Shown here: piece by piece, positions 26,005 to 36,145 of the stretch | How positions within the stretch are numbered: the first letter of the stretch is position 1 | Layout of the letters: every line of letters starts with the position of its first letter | Origin: Burkholderiales bacterium | GTDB lineage: Bacteria; Pseudomonadota; Gammaproteobacteria; Burkholderiales; Burkholderiaceae_C | Direction of reading: 5' to 3' | Assembly (NCBI GenBank): GCA_038237415.1 | Contig: JBBRYR010000008.1 | Location: 25,852 to 89,851 of the forward strand | Length of the DNA stretch: 64,000 bases | Made by a program: the position numbers and the translations under genes | The notes under the pieces: model-generated | Told to the model about the DNA's origin: nothing | What the model saw: only the letters and a program-made list of their open reading frames with translations | Database searches by the model: none

Positions 26005-26850
26005 ATGGATGCTCCCACCAAACTCGATCGCCTGTCGGCGCTACTGCAGGGCTTGGCGCCGCGTGTCACGCTGGCGGCCCCTGCCCCGCTGGGTGCTGAA
26101 CCCGGCACTGCCACCAACACGAGCAGTGCCACCCGCGCCTGGCCCGCCGTGGCCGGGCCGCAGCTGCATCTGCATGTGCTGGACAACCAAGAGGTGCAGT
26201 TGCAAGCCCATGGCCTCACCCGCACGGTGTGCGGGCCCGCGTTTTGGCTTTGCCGTGGCGACACGGCCCATGCCATTCACGCAGCCAGTGCGCAGGCGCT
26301 TGGCGCCGTGCTGTCGGCCACCGTGCAGTTTGACGGTGCGGCGGCGCCGCTGTTGCTGGCCGAGTTTGCCCAGCCCCGGCTGGTCATGCTGAACGCCTCC
26401 GACACCTTGCTCAGTCAGTTGATTGCGCTGGTGCGCAGCGAGCTGCAGTCGCCACGCTGCGGCCAGCCCGCCTTGCTCAACCATGCGGGGGACATGCTGT
26501 TCATCGGTGTGTTGCGGCATTTGGTGGCACAGCCTGCGGCGCACGGCGGCCTGTTCAACGGTTTGGCGGACCCGCGCATCGCCAGCACGCTGGTGGCCAT
26601 GCACGAGGCCCCGCATCTGGACTGGACGCTGGCCTCGCTGGCGCAGCGCGCTGGCATGTCGCGCACTGCTTTTGCCGTGCGCTTTAAAAACACCGTGCAG
26701 CAGCCACCGGGCAAATACCTCAGCAGCTTGCGCTTGCAAATCGCGCAGCGCAAGGTGCAGTCCGGCCAGGGCCTGAAGGCGGCGGCCCGCGCGGCGGGTT
26801 ATGCCAATGTGTCGGCCCTGTCCAGGGCGCTGGGCAAAATGCCGGGCTGA
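26005..26850 (+). CDS. AraC-family regulator (cupin-type, RclR-like)
   Basis: WTLASLAQRAGMSRTAFAVRFK, GYANVSALSRA; divergent from the redoxin gene. Confidence 0.9.
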   Translation: MDAPTKLDRLSALLQGLAPRVTLAAPAPLGAEPGTATNTSSATRAWPAVAGPQLHLHVLDNQEVQLQAHGLTRTVCGPAFWLCRGDTAHAIHAASAQALGAVLSATVQFDGAAAPLLLAEFAQPRLVMLNASDTLLSQLIALVRSELQSPRCGQPALLNHAGDMLFIGVLRHLVAQPAAHGGLFNGLADPRIASTLVAMHEAPHLDWTLASLAQRAGMSRTAFAVRFKNTVQQPPGKYLSSLRLQIAQRKVQSGQGLKAAARAAGYANVSALSRALGKMPG

Positions 26851-26858
26851 TTTCCCCG

Positions 26859-28220
26859 TTAAGGCAAGCTGCGCGTCGGCGTGCGCATGGTCACCAGCTC
26901 TTCTGCTGCGGTGGGGTGCACGGCCAGGGTGGCGTCGAGCGCGGTTTTGGTGACCTGCATTTGCATTGCCACGCCCATGAGCTGGGCCATTTCACCGGTG
27001 TCGGGGCCTATACCATGAAAGCCCACGACGCGGTCGGTGCTGCGGTCCACCAACAGCTTGAGCAGTGTTTTGGAGTGGTGGCCTGACACGGTGGCTTTTA
27101 GCGGGCGAAAGCTGGTGCTGTACACGTCCAGCTGCGGGTGGCGTTTGAGGGCCTGCTCTTCGGTCAAACCCACCGTGCCGACCTCGGGGGTGGTGAACAC
27201 GCCGGTGGGAATCAAGGTGTAGTCCACCGAGCGCGGGCGTTTGTCAAACACGGTGTCGGCAAAGGCATGGCCTTCGCGAATGGCCATGGGGGTGAGGTTG
27301 ATGCGGTGGGTCACATCGCCCACGGCGTAGATGCCCGCCGCGGTGGTTTGTGAAAACGCGTCCACGGTAATGGCACCCTGCGCGTTCAAAGCAACGCCTG
27401 CATTTTCCAGGCCCAGGTCGTGGGTAAAGGGGGCGCGCCCGATGGCGCGCAGCACGCAGTCTGCCGCCAGTGTCTGGCCGTTGTCCAGCAGCACATCCAA
27501 CCCTGCAGCGGCCCGGGCCACCGCCTTCACTTCGCGCCCGAAGTGAAATTGCATGCCGTTGGCTGCGAGTTCACCGGCCAGGTGTTTGCGGGTTTCGTCG
27601 TCAAACCCCCGCAAAATTTGATCGCCCCGCACCACCACGTGCACGGTTGCCCCCAGCAGTTGCAGCACGCAGGCGAGCTCCAGCGCAATGTAGCCCGCGC
27701 CCTGCACCACCACCTGTTTGGGCATGTGTTCCAGGTCAAAAAAACCGTTGGAGTCGATGGTGAGCTCGCTGCCGGGGAACGACGGCCCGTTGACCGGTGT
27801 GCCGCCAGTGGCAATAAGGATGTGGCGTGTGGAAAGTTGTTGTCCGTCAGACAGTGCCACGGTGGTGGCATTGGCCAGACGCGCGCGGCCCGCAAAAATG
27901 TGGACCCCGGCTTTCACCAGATTGCTGCGGTAAATGCCCTCCAGGCGCGCCACCTCCGCGTCGCGGCGGGTTTTAAGGGCACTCCAGTCAAAGCGCTTTT
28001 CCCCCAGGGACCAGCCAAAGCCGTGCGCTTCCTCAAATTCCTGGGCAAAGCGCGAGGCATAGACCATCAACTTCTTTGGCACGCAGCCCCGAATCACGCA
28101 GGTGCCACCCATGCGGTATTCCTCCACCAGGGCCACTTTGGCACCGTAGCCCGCCGCAATGCGCGCCGCGCGCACGCCACCAGAACCACCGCCAATGACT
28201 ACCAGATCAAATTCGTTCAT
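26859..28220 (-). CDS. gor: Glutathione-disulfide reductase
   Basis: GGGSGG, GGTCVIRGCVPKK redox disulfide, VHPTAAEE C-terminal motif. Confidence 0.95.
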   Translation of the reverse strand: MNEFDLVVIGGGSGGVRAARIAAGYGAKVALVEEYRMGGTCVIRGCVPKKLMVYASRFAQEFEEAHGFGWSLGEKRFDWSALKTRRDAEVARLEGIYRSNLVKAGVHIFAGRARLANATTVALSDGQQLSTRHILIATGGTPVNGPSFPGSELTIDSNGFFDLEHMPKQVVVQGAGYIALELACVLQLLGATVHVVVRGDQILRGFDDETRKHLAGELAANGMQFHFGREVKAVARAAAGLDVLLDNGQTLAADCVLRAIGRAPFTHDLGLENAGVALNAQGAITVDAFSQTTAAGIYAVGDVTHRINLTPMAIREGHAFADTVFDKRPRSVDYTLIPTGVFTTPEVGTVGLTEEQALKRHPQLDVYSTSFRPLKATVSGHHSKTLLKLLVDRSTDRVVGFHGIGPDTGEMAQLMGVAMQMQVTKTALDATLAVHPTAAEELVTMRTPTRSLP

Positions 28221-28372
28221 GAAAAAGCTCCCTAACGTGCCGGGTGAATGCCCGAAAAACCACATCAGCGCCAGGCTGATGAGCTTGCTCAAGGGTACAA
28301 CGAAGCGTGCCGTGTGGTGACCCGTAGCGACCGGCTGATTTCATCGGCTGCACCTATTTCCCAAAATACGTG

Positions 28373-28440
28373 CCCTGTAGTCCGTGGACTGATCTGTGGA
28401 TAAGCGTGTTCACAACGCGAAAAACCCGCCAGAATGCTTT
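28373..28440 (+). repeat. DnaA-box-containing repeat family B, single copy
   Basis: CCCTG..CGTGGACTGATC-TGTGGATAA(28395-28403)-GCGTGTTCACAA..AAACCCGC. Confidence 0.75.
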
Positions 28441-29335
28441 ATCGACGCTGCCCCCACCACACGCCTGCCAGGGCCAGCAGTCCGCCAACGGCGTGGTACG
28501 CATGGAGCTGCTCGCCCAGCAGCGTTGACGCAGCCAGGGCCACAAAGAGTGGGAGCAGGTTCATGAACAGGCTGGCGCGCGCAGGGCCGAGCTTTTTGAT
28601 ACCGCTCATCCAGAAGAACGGCGCGCCGATGGAAGCAGGAATGCCGGCATACAGGATCAGCGGAGCGTTGTGCGCGTTGATGGGAGAGCTAGGGGCGTTC
28701 CACCAGAATGGCAACACCAGCAGGATGCCAAAGCCGATTTGCACGTAAAGCTGCTGCCACGTGGACAAGGGCACAGCCCAGCGTTTGAGCAACACACCGT
28801 AAAGCGCATTGGAGGCCACGGCGACCAGCATGAGTGCATCGCCCACATGGGCTGCACCGTCCAGCAAGGCCCATGGGTCGCCGCGCGTGCTGAGAATCCA
28901 TAATCCCAACAGTGACAAGGCAGCACCGCCAACCCGGGAACGCGTCAACGCCTCGCCGACAAACAGGCTGGCCAGAAGCGCGGAGATCAGCGGCATAAGC
29001 GCCACCACCACACCCATGTTGATGGCCGAGGTGGTCTTGGCAGCCTCATAGGCCAAGCCCTGGTACATGCCCATGCCAAGGCAACCCAGAAAGGCCAGTT
29101 TGGGCCAGTGCGCCGTAACGATGGCGCGTTGGCGCCATACGCTGCGCAAAACAAATGGCGTCAACACCAGCCCCGCCAGCAGCCACCGGTAGAAAGTGAT
29201 GGCGGCGGGTTCAATGGCCACGGCGGCGGCTTTGGTGACCAGTGTGTTGCCAGTCCATACGAGGACGGCGAGCAAAGGATAGATGGAGAAGTGAATGGCG
29301 GCAGGCCGCTGGGTTATGGGTGTGATGGTTTGCAT
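28439..29335 (-). CDS. DMT/EamA-family transporter
   Basis: LVWTGNTLVTK, FYRWLLA, 10-TM pattern, LLGEQL; divergent from the LysR gene. Confidence 0.92.
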   Translation of the reverse strand: MQTITPITQRPAAIHFSIYPLLAVLVWTGNTLVTKAAAVAIEPAAITFYRWLLAGLVLTPFVLRSVWRQRAIVTAHWPKLAFLGCLGMGMYQGLAYEAAKTTSAINMGVVVALMPLISALLASLFVGEALTRSRVGGAALSLLGLWILSTRGDPWALLDGAAHVGDALMLVAVASNALYGVLLKRWAVPLSTWQQLYVQIGFGILLVLPFWWNAPSSPINAHNAPLILYAGIPASIGAPFFWMSGIKKLGPARASLFMNLLPLFVALAASTLLGEQLHAYHAVGGLLALAGVWWGQRR

Positions 29336-29458
29336 TTGTTTCTCTGGGTGCATCAATAGTTCGGAATGACTGCATGGTCCGTCAGAGCTAACCATTGTGT
29401 AAAGTGATATCGTTGCATCAAATTGCTGCACCAAACGCAACTATCCAGGTACGTATAA

Positions 29459-30385
29459 ATGACCAGCCCTGCCTTGAACCACCTTGATTTCAACCTTTTG
29501 CTGGACCTGGATGCCCTGCTGCGCGAAGGCAGCGTGGTCGGCGCGGCACGGCGCCTGCACTTGAGTCCGCCAGCCATGAGCCGCCGATTGACGCGTCTGC
29601 GCGAAGCCATCGGCGACCCACTGTTCGTTCCTGCGGGACGCGGTCTGGTAGCAACGCAACGCGCGTTGGCCCTGAGGGAACGCGTGCAAATGGCGATTGA
29701 AGAGGTGCGCGGCGTTTTTGCGCCCGAGGATGTGGACTACTCACGACTGGAGCGCACATTGACGCTGCGTGCAAATGATGGATTCGCGGGCGCATGGGCA
29801 ACCCGGCTTGCCGCGGCCATGACTGCAGAAGCGCCCGGTGTGTCGCTGCATTTCGTTCCACGCGCTGACAACAGCCTGCAAGCACTGCGCAATGGAATGG
29901 TGGACCTGGACATTGGCGCGCTGTCTTTCGCAGAGCCGGAGATTGGCAGCGAGCCGCTCTTTCACGCCAAGTTTGTCGGCGTGGTGCGTGAGCACCATCC
30001 CCTGTTCGGCAAAAAAAAGACCGTGACGGTGAGCGCGCAGGATCTGGTTGCCTGGCCGCACATTGCAACTTCGTCGCGAAGCCTGGGGGCTGGACGGATT
30101 GACGCCGCACTGAAGGAACTGGATTTGAAGCGCCGGGTAGCCATCGTGGCACCGGGCTTTCAGGCTGCGCTGGTGATGGCAGCAACCTCTGATTTTGTTG
30201 CCATCATGCCCAAGCCGTTTGCGAAATGGGCCGTGGCGCATCAGCGCCTGCATATTTTTAAACTACCGGTGGAAACACCCGGCGCTGATGTGTTCCAGAG
30301 CTGGCATGCGCGCCACCAGGCAGACCCCGTGCACCGCTGGCTGCGCGAGCATGTGCGCGCGAATTGCCTGGATGGCGTGGACTGA
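29459..30385 (+). CDS. LysR-family regulator
   Basis: LDFNLLLDLDALLREGSVVGAARRLHLSPPAMSRRLTRLR HTH; DPVHRWLR C-terminus. Confidence 0.95.
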   Translation: MTSPALNHLDFNLLLDLDALLREGSVVGAARRLHLSPPAMSRRLTRLREAIGDPLFVPAGRGLVATQRALALRERVQMAIEEVRGVFAPEDVDYSRLERTLTLRANDGFAGAWATRLAAAMTAEAPGVSLHFVPRADNSLQALRNGMVDLDIGALSFAEPEIGSEPLFHAKFVGVVREHHPLFGKKKTVTVSAQDLVAWPHIATSSRSLGAGRIDAALKELDLKRRVAIVAPGFQAALVMAATSDFVAIMPKPFAKWAVAHQRLHIFKLPVETPGADVFQSWHARHQADPVHRWLREHVRANCLDGVD

Positions 30386-30389
30386 TGCG

Positions 30390-30692
30390 CTATGGTGCCG
30401 GTGCGGTTGCGGGTACAGCAAGCACCAGGCCGAACTCGTTCATGGTGGCCATCAGTTTGGTGCGGTCCGGCGGGCCGCCTGCGTTGACCACCGCGCCCCC
30501 CACGGTGCAGCGCAGGGTGCCTTCCAGCGCGTAGATGAGTTCCTCGTGCTCGGAATGGCTGTGCGGGGGCGGCACGTTGGAGCCAGGTGGCACACACATT
30601 TCAAAGCAGCTGGCCTCACAGGCGCCATGGGCTTCCTGCAGGCAGTGGATCTCCAGTTGCCCGATGCGGATGATTTCAGGCTGCGCTGGCAC
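30390..30692 (-). pseudogene. Cupin-domain gene, apparently internally deleted
   Basis: Has cupin motif 1 (PPPHSHSEHEELIYALEG) but joins directly to a C-terminal VVNAGGPPDR segment; motif 2 (G-X5-P-G-X2-H) is missing. Confidence 0.55.
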
Positions 30693-30694
30693 TG

Positions 30695-31117
30695 CAACCC
30701 CTGATAGGTGCACTGCTGCGTTTACCGCGCGAGCATGTGGTCCATCGCATGCTCGAAGCGCTCAATGCCCAGGGGTACGACATCAGCCCGACCGAACTGG
30801 CGGTGTTCATGTACCCGGGGCCGCAGGGCATGCGCCCCATCGAGATTGCACGCAAATGCAATATGGGGCGCCAGGCCATGAACTATGTGCTGACCGGCCT
30901 GGAAAATCGTGGCTACATTGAACGCATGGACGGTGACAGTGGCCAGGCGCGCGTGGTGCATTTATCCAAACGCGGCGAGGAAGTATTGGCCCTGATGCGC
31001 CAGACGGTGGTGCAAACCGAGAGGGAGTGGACCGACCATTTGGTCGAGCGCCGCTTCAAGGCGTTGAAAGAGACCTTGCAGGATCTGTCCGAATGGCTGG
31101 GCCAGGCGCCGCAATAG
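30695..31117 (+). CDS. MarR-family regulator, possibly lacking its native start
   Basis: MarR wHTH (IEIARKCNMGRQAMNYVLTGLENRGYIER). The frame continues upstream as QPLIGALLRLPREH to a stop at 30671 with no ATG; first usable start is GTG at 30737. Confidence 0.65.
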   Translation, partial: QPLIGALLRLPREHVVHRMLEALNAQGYDISPTELAVFMYPGPQGMRPIEIARKCNMGRQAMNYVLTGLENRGYIERMDGDSGQARVVHLSKRGEEVLALMRQTVVQTEREWTDHLVERRFKALKETLQDLSEWLGQAPQ

Positions 31118-31160
31118 CAGTCCGGCCCACATGGCAGGGCCCGTGCAAAATGGGGCCCCT

Positions 31161-32060
31161 ATGCACCAAGAAATCCCCATCCGCTACATCAACCCGGTCT
31201 TTCGTCCACCCAGTGAGGCGCAGTCGCTGATCCTTCCTGTGACCAACGGCTGCTCTTGGAACAAGTGCACCTATTGCGAGATGTACACCGAGCCGCAAAA
31301 GAAGTTTGCGGTGCGCGAGGAGCAGGAAACCCTGGATGCCATTGCGCGTTGTGCGGCCCTGTACGGGGGCCAGTTGCAACGTGTTTTTCTGGGCGATGGC
31401 GACGCCATGGCGCTGTCCACACGGCGCCTGATGACCATACTGGAAGCCATCAAAACCCACTTGCCCGCAGTGCGGCGGGTGTCAACCTATTGCCTGCCGC
31501 GCAACCTGCGCAACAAAACGGTGCAGGAGTTGACGGAGCTGCACGAAGCCGGTTTGACGCTGGCCTACATCGGCGCCGAGTCGGGCGACGACACCGTGTT
31601 GCAACGGGTGAACAAGGGCGAAACTTTTGAATCTACGCGCGACGCCCTGGACAAGCTGGGCGTCGCCGGCATTACTCGCTCGGTCATGCTGCTCAATGGG
31701 CTGGGTGGCCGCGCACTGTCGCGCCAGCATGCCGAGAATTCTGCGCGGCTGATCAACGCCACGCAGCCCGAGTTTTTGGCGACCCTGGTGGTGAGCTTTC
31801 CGCAGGGCGAGGCGCGTTTTCGGCAAAACTTCCCCGAGTGGGAGGCGCTGGATCAAGCCGAATTGTTTGTGGAGACAGCGCAATTTTTGCAGGCGCTGAA
31901 TTTGAAGCGCACCGTCTTTCGCAGCGACCATGCGTCCAACTGGCTGGCGCTTAAAGGCGTTCTGGGTGCTGAAAAGGCGCGCTTGCTGGCCGAGGTGCAG
32001 CAGGCCATTGACAGCCCGCAATCGGCCCCATTGCGCCACGCATCGCAGCGCGGGTTGTAG
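31161..32060 (+). CDS. Radical SAM protein
   Basis: FRPPSEA ... CSWNKCTYC (CxxxCxxC), FLGDGDA, FRSDHASN. Confidence 0.92.
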   Translation: MHQEIPIRYINPVFRPPSEAQSLILPVTNGCSWNKCTYCEMYTEPQKKFAVREEQETLDAIARCAALYGGQLQRVFLGDGDAMALSTRRLMTILEAIKTHLPAVRRVSTYCLPRNLRNKTVQELTELHEAGLTLAYIGAESGDDTVLQRVNKGETFESTRDALDKLGVAGITRSVMLLNGLGGRALSRQHAENSARLINATQPEFLATLVVSFPQGEARFRQNFPEWEALDQAELFVETAQFLQALNLKRTVFRSDHASNWLALKGVLGAEKARLLAEVQQAIDSPQSAPLRHASQRGL

Positions 32061-32072
32061 CTACACGCTGTT

Positions 32073-32972
32073 TCAGTGACGCGGCACGCGCACCCGTAGC
32101 ACCTGCGCGGGCAGCGCGGGGTCAGCCGGGTCGGTAACCAGTGTCACCAGCCAATCCGTATCGTCGGCCTGCGCGGCAATGCCTTCCACCTGGGGGGCGC
32201 CTTGCAGCTGGTAGACGGTGCCCAACTCGCCTGCGGCGGACACCAGCCCAATGGAGGAGCCGATGCAGGGGCCGTATTGCCCGTTGGCCTCCACGCGCTG
32301 GGCCACGGCGCAAAACATCCACGCCCCGCCTTCCAGCGCCGTAGCATCGGTGATGCTCAGGGGCACGCCGCTGACGTTGCCCAGCGGCAGCTTCTGCACG
32401 CTTTTGGCGGGGGGTGGCAGTGGCTGCAGGCCCGCCAGCCACGGGGCCATTTTGTTCCAGTCGTAACGGATGCAGGTGCTTTGCCCTCTGCTGCCCCGCT
32501 GCAGCAGGATCAGTTCGTCGCTGACAACCAGCGCGCCTTCAATGTTCAGGTCATCCATTTTTTTGCGCAAGGGCGCATAGAGCGGGGCCAGGTTAACGCT
32601 GGCCATGCGGCCGTTGGGCGCGCCCTGCACGTCCAGCACCGCCAGAACACCGGTGTCGTTATTTCGTGTGATTCCAGAGCCCAGCGCCAGCAGCGCGCCC
32701 GCGGGGCAACCCGGCAGTGGCGGCAGAAGGGCCAGGGTTTCCAGAGGGCTCCCCAGCAGGGGCATCAGGGTGCCCGGGGCGGCTTCATCAAACAGTCCCA
32801 GATGCACGGCTTCGTCGGCCACCACCACAAAGCGGCGCCCCCTACGCACCAGTCCGCTGGCCGCGCTCAGGTGACTTGGGTGGGCTTGTACACCGGCTTG
32901 GTGCGGGGCATTGACCAGCAGGTGTTGAATGAAAACGGGTTGCAGGGCGGAGTTGGGTGTGGTGTTTGCCAT
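32073..32972 (-). CDS. DUF6929/DUF3616-like beta-propeller-type hypothetical protein
   Basis: HLSAASGLV, LNIEGA, QVEGI, TDPADP motifs; start MANTTPN. Confidence 0.7.
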   Translation of the reverse strand: MANTTPNSALQPVFIQHLLVNAPHQAGVQAHPSHLSAASGLVRRGRRFVVVADEAVHLGLFDEAAPGTLMPLLGSPLETLALLPPLPGCPAGALLALGSGITRNNDTGVLAVLDVQGAPNGRMASVNLAPLYAPLRKKMDDLNIEGALVVSDELILLQRGSRGQSTCIRYDWNKMAPWLAGLQPLPPPAKSVQKLPLGNVSGVPLSITDATALEGGAWMFCAVAQRVEANGQYGPCIGSSIGLVSAAGELGTVYQLQGAPQVEGIAAQADDTDWLVTLVTDPADPALPAQVLRVRVPRH

Positions 32973-33030
32973 AGGGGTCTTGTTGACGGATGCCCCAATG
33001 GTACAGAGAGCGGGAATGAAGAAAAAGTAG

Positions 33031-33450
33031 TCAGGCGTCAGGCAGGATTGCCGATGGCGCTGGAAGTCTGGATTCAGACTGTACCGAGCGCGTCGCGTAG
33101 TGTCTGTAGCCATACCAGGCCATCGCACTGATGAGTGCAACGCTGATGACTATTCCCAGGTAGCCTGACGTTTGCACATCCCTGCGATTGCGCTGCACTC
33201 TGCGCAGCGGCGCTGCTGCACTGGCCAGATGCGCAGCGCTGGTGCGGCGCACCCGCACCGCACGCTTATTGCCATCGCGGTCGGGCTCCACTTCAAATGA
33301 CAAGCGATCACCAATCAGGGGCAACTGACGATCGCGCGCAAACACTGAAATGTAGAAAAATAGTTCCTGCCCGTCATCGTCCGCAGCAATAAACCCAAAA
33401 CCGCGGTCGGCGTGCAACGTCTTCAAGGTGCCATCAAACCTCAATGCCAT
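33031..33450 (-). CDS. Cold-shock-domain + TM protein (paralog of 22564-23121 without excalibur)
   Basis: GTLKTLHADRGFGFIAADDDGQELFFYISVF ... LSFEVEPDRDGNKRAVRV; TM; then stop. Confidence 0.8.
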   Translation of the reverse strand: MALRFDGTLKTLHADRGFGFIAADDDGQELFFYISVFARDRQLPLIGDRLSFEVEPDRDGNKRAVRVRRTSAAHLASAAAPLRRVQRNRRDVQTSGYLGIVISVALISAMAWYGYRHYATRSVQSESRLPAPSAILPDA

Positions 33451-33573
33451 ATCTGTCACTCCCGTTTCGCGGACCCTGTGGGTCAGCGCTATCTATATTT
33501 TGAAGATAATTTTAGCGGCACAATGTTTCTGCGAAATTAATAGCGGTTCGCTCACCACATGAAGGACATCACC

Positions 33574-34194
33574 ATGACCCAACTCAAACTCACCTACTTC
33601 GATATGCACGGCGGCCGTGGCGAACCTGCAAGGCTCGCGATGCATATCGGCGGCATTGCGTTTGAAGACCGCCGCTTCGCCTTTCCCGAGTTTGCCGAGG
33701 TGCGCAAGACCACTCCTTTTGGCCAGGTGCCCACGCTGCATGTGGACGGCGTGCAGGTCACCCAAAGCGACGCCATCACGCGCTATGTGGGCAAGCTCAC
33801 CGGCCTGTACCCGCTTGACGCCTACCAGGCCCTGCTGTGCGACGAAGTGCTGGACGTTCTGGAAGACGCCAACGTGAAGCTGGGCACCACTTTTGGCCTG
33901 ACCGGCGCAGCGCTCAAAGAGGCCCGCACGGCGCTGGTGGAAGGGCCGTTGCCCATGGTTCTGAGCTGGCTTCAAGCCCAACTGGAAGCCCATGGCGGTG
34001 CGTTTTTTGCCGACAGCCGCCTCACCATTGCCGACCTGAAAGTGTTTGTGTTTGTGCGCGGGCTCGCCTCTGGCAAACTGGACCACGTACCTACCGATCT
34101 GGTGGAAAAAGTGGCACCCAAGGTCAGCGCGCATGTGCAGCGCATTGCGCTCATACCGGCGGTGGTGCAGTACTACGCCAAATTTTCGGCGTAG
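33574..34194 (+). CDS. Glutathione S-transferase
   Basis: LTYFDMHGGRGEPARL, PFGQVPTL, TQSDAITRY, LTIADL. Confidence 0.92.
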   Translation: MTQLKLTYFDMHGGRGEPARLAMHIGGIAFEDRRFAFPEFAEVRKTTPFGQVPTLHVDGVQVTQSDAITRYVGKLTGLYPLDAYQALLCDEVLDVLEDANVKLGTTFGLTGAALKEARTALVEGPLPMVLSWLQAQLEAHGGAFFADSRLTIADLKVFVFVRGLASGKLDHVPTDLVEKVAPKVSAHVQRIALIPAVVQYYAKFSA

Positions 34195-34200
34195 TTCATC

Positions 34201-36024
34201 TCACGCCAGGGAAACCGGCTCCAGGTCAAAGCTTCGGCGAATGCACTGCTTGCCTGCGTTCTTGCCTGCGTACATGGCGGCGTCGGCCAGTTTCAGCAGG
34301 CTGAGGGCATCGTCGCCATCCAGTGGCGCGAGTGAGTAGCCAATCGTGATGCCGATCGTGCAAGTCTGTCCGGAAAGAACAAAACTCTCTCCGAATGCCT
34401 TGACCAGCTTTTCGCCCAGTTCCCTGGCCTGAGGTTCGCTGCTTAAACCGCTGGATATCACAACAAACTCGTCGCCACCCAGGCGGGCAATAACGTCGCT
34501 GTGGCGGACATTGGCGCGCAGGCGGGCCGCCACGGCAATGAGCAGTTCATCGCCGACATCATGACCGAACTGGTCGTTGACTTGTTTGAAACCATCAAGA
34601 TCCAGCACATAGACGGCAACCATCCGGTCGGCACTGGCAAGCCGGAGCGATTCATCCATTGCGGCATTCAGCCCGCGGCGGTTGGGTAACCCGGTCAAGG
34701 GGTCGGTATGGGCCATCGAGTGCAGGCTGTCACGCTCGCGTGTGGCGTGCTGGGCAGCGGCTTGCAGGGCTTTAGTGCGCAGCCCCAGCACGCGCATAAA
34801 AATCAGCATGTCGAAGGTGGCACCCAACTGGAACGAGTGCAGGCTCCAGAAATTGGCGCCCAACCGTCCTTTGATCACTTCGATCAGGATCGCAGTGGTC
34901 ACAAAGTAGAGCGCCCATGCCAGAAGGAAATAGAAGCCCACGCTGTCACCACGGCGCGCCCTTGAAACGGCCCCCGGCAAGCCCAGCAATGCCGGCGCGA
35001 GCCCCAACGAACTGATGATCGCCGTGACGAAGTAGAGATTGACCAGGTCAAAGGAATAAGCTGTCGCCACAAGGGCGCTGCAGGCGGCTCCGGCCTTCAT
35101 CAGACGGCTGATCAGGCGATTGGCCTCGAGGCTCTGCAGGGCATGCTCGATGAACAGGAATGACCCGGCCGAAGCAATCAGTGCAGACAGCCCCGACATG
35201 TGCTGCTCAAGCCACAGATTTCCCGTCCAGAGATACTGGGCACCAATGCCGAATTGCACCAGTGAGAACAGCAAGCTTCCGGTGATAAGAATGGCGTACT
35301 TGAGGTACATGGACTCACCCAGCGTGAGCCACTGCGCCAGGCTGTACGCCAGCAGGCACAGCGCCAGTCCCGTCAGCAGGCCTTGCAGCATTTGTTCACG
35401 CAGGGCTGTGTTCAGGAAAGCCCCGGGCCGGCTCAGGGTGATGGGCAATATCAGCGCGCCTTTGCTTTCCACGCGCAAATAGATGTCGTAGGGGGTTCCC
35501 GGATGGAGCTTCAAATTCATCGCATGCGATCGCGCCCGCACCGGATTTTCACTGCGCGGCACCAGACTTCCCATCCTGCGTTGCTCTACGACCGTCTTGT
35601 TTTGTGTGAGGTAGACGTCGACGTGGTTGAGCACAGGGTAATCAATATCGAGAACCCAGAGGCCCTCACTTCGACCTGAAACCGTGATCGGTATGTGCAG
35701 CCAGACGGCCTCTCGTTGGAGCCCCAGCGTGCCATAGGCGGTTTCGGGCACAACGAATGCGTCCCTCGCGTTCATCACGTCCTGAATGGCCAGGTTGGCA
35801 GCCGCCTTGAAAAGAACCGTTACCGACGGCCAAGCCTCGTATGTCGGGGTTGAGTCCTCCAGCGCAATTGGCGTATGGGCTGTCTGTGCGACCGCCAGCG
35901 AGCCGATGCCGAAGGCTGTACATAGCAGCATCAGGCAGTGCACAACAGCGATGCGAAATGCGGTCCTGCAGGAGCAACCGGTTGGCAAGAGCCTCTTGTT
36001 TGATTTCTCGCGCATACCAGTCAC
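34201..36024 (-). CDS. 7TM-DISM sensor diguanylate cyclase
   Basis: Periplasmic DISM2-like domain, 7 TMs, DPLTGLPNRR, DLDGFKQVND, ARLGGDEF. Start uncertain. Confidence 0.92.
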   Translation of the reverse strand: MTGMREKSNKRLLPTGCSCRTAFRIAVVHCLMLLCTAFGIGSLAVAQTAHTPIALEDSTPTYEAWPSVTVLFKAAANLAIQDVMNARDAFVVPETAYGTLGLQREAVWLHIPITVSGRSEGLWVLDIDYPVLNHVDVYLTQNKTVVEQRRMGSLVPRSENPVRARSHAMNLKLHPGTPYDIYLRVESKGALILPITLSRPGAFLNTALREQMLQGLLTGLALCLLAYSLAQWLTLGESMYLKYAILITGSLLFSLVQFGIGAQYLWTGNLWLEQHMSGLSALIASAGSFLFIEHALQSLEANRLISRLMKAGAACSALVATAYSFDLVNLYFVTAIISSLGLAPALLGLPGAVSRARRGDSVGFYFLLAWALYFVTTAILIEVIKGRLGANFWSLHSFQLGATFDMLIFMRVLGLRTKALQAAAQHATRERDSLHSMAHTDPLTGLPNRRGLNAAMDESLRLASADRMVAVYVLDLDGFKQVNDQFGHDVGDELLIAVAARLRANVRHSDVIARLGGDEFVVISSGLSSEPQARELGEKLVKAFGESFVLSGQTCTIGITIGYSLAPLDGDDALSLLKLADAAMYAGKNAGKQCIRRSFDLEPVSLA

Positions 36025-36145
36025 CGGTTATTCAATGCAGAGATTTTAGGCGCAGGCTGTCGGCAGCCCAAAAAACAGAAACCCGGCATAGGCACGTGTA
36101 TTCGTTGGGTGGTACCTTGCGTCACCTTTCAATAACTGGATTCCC

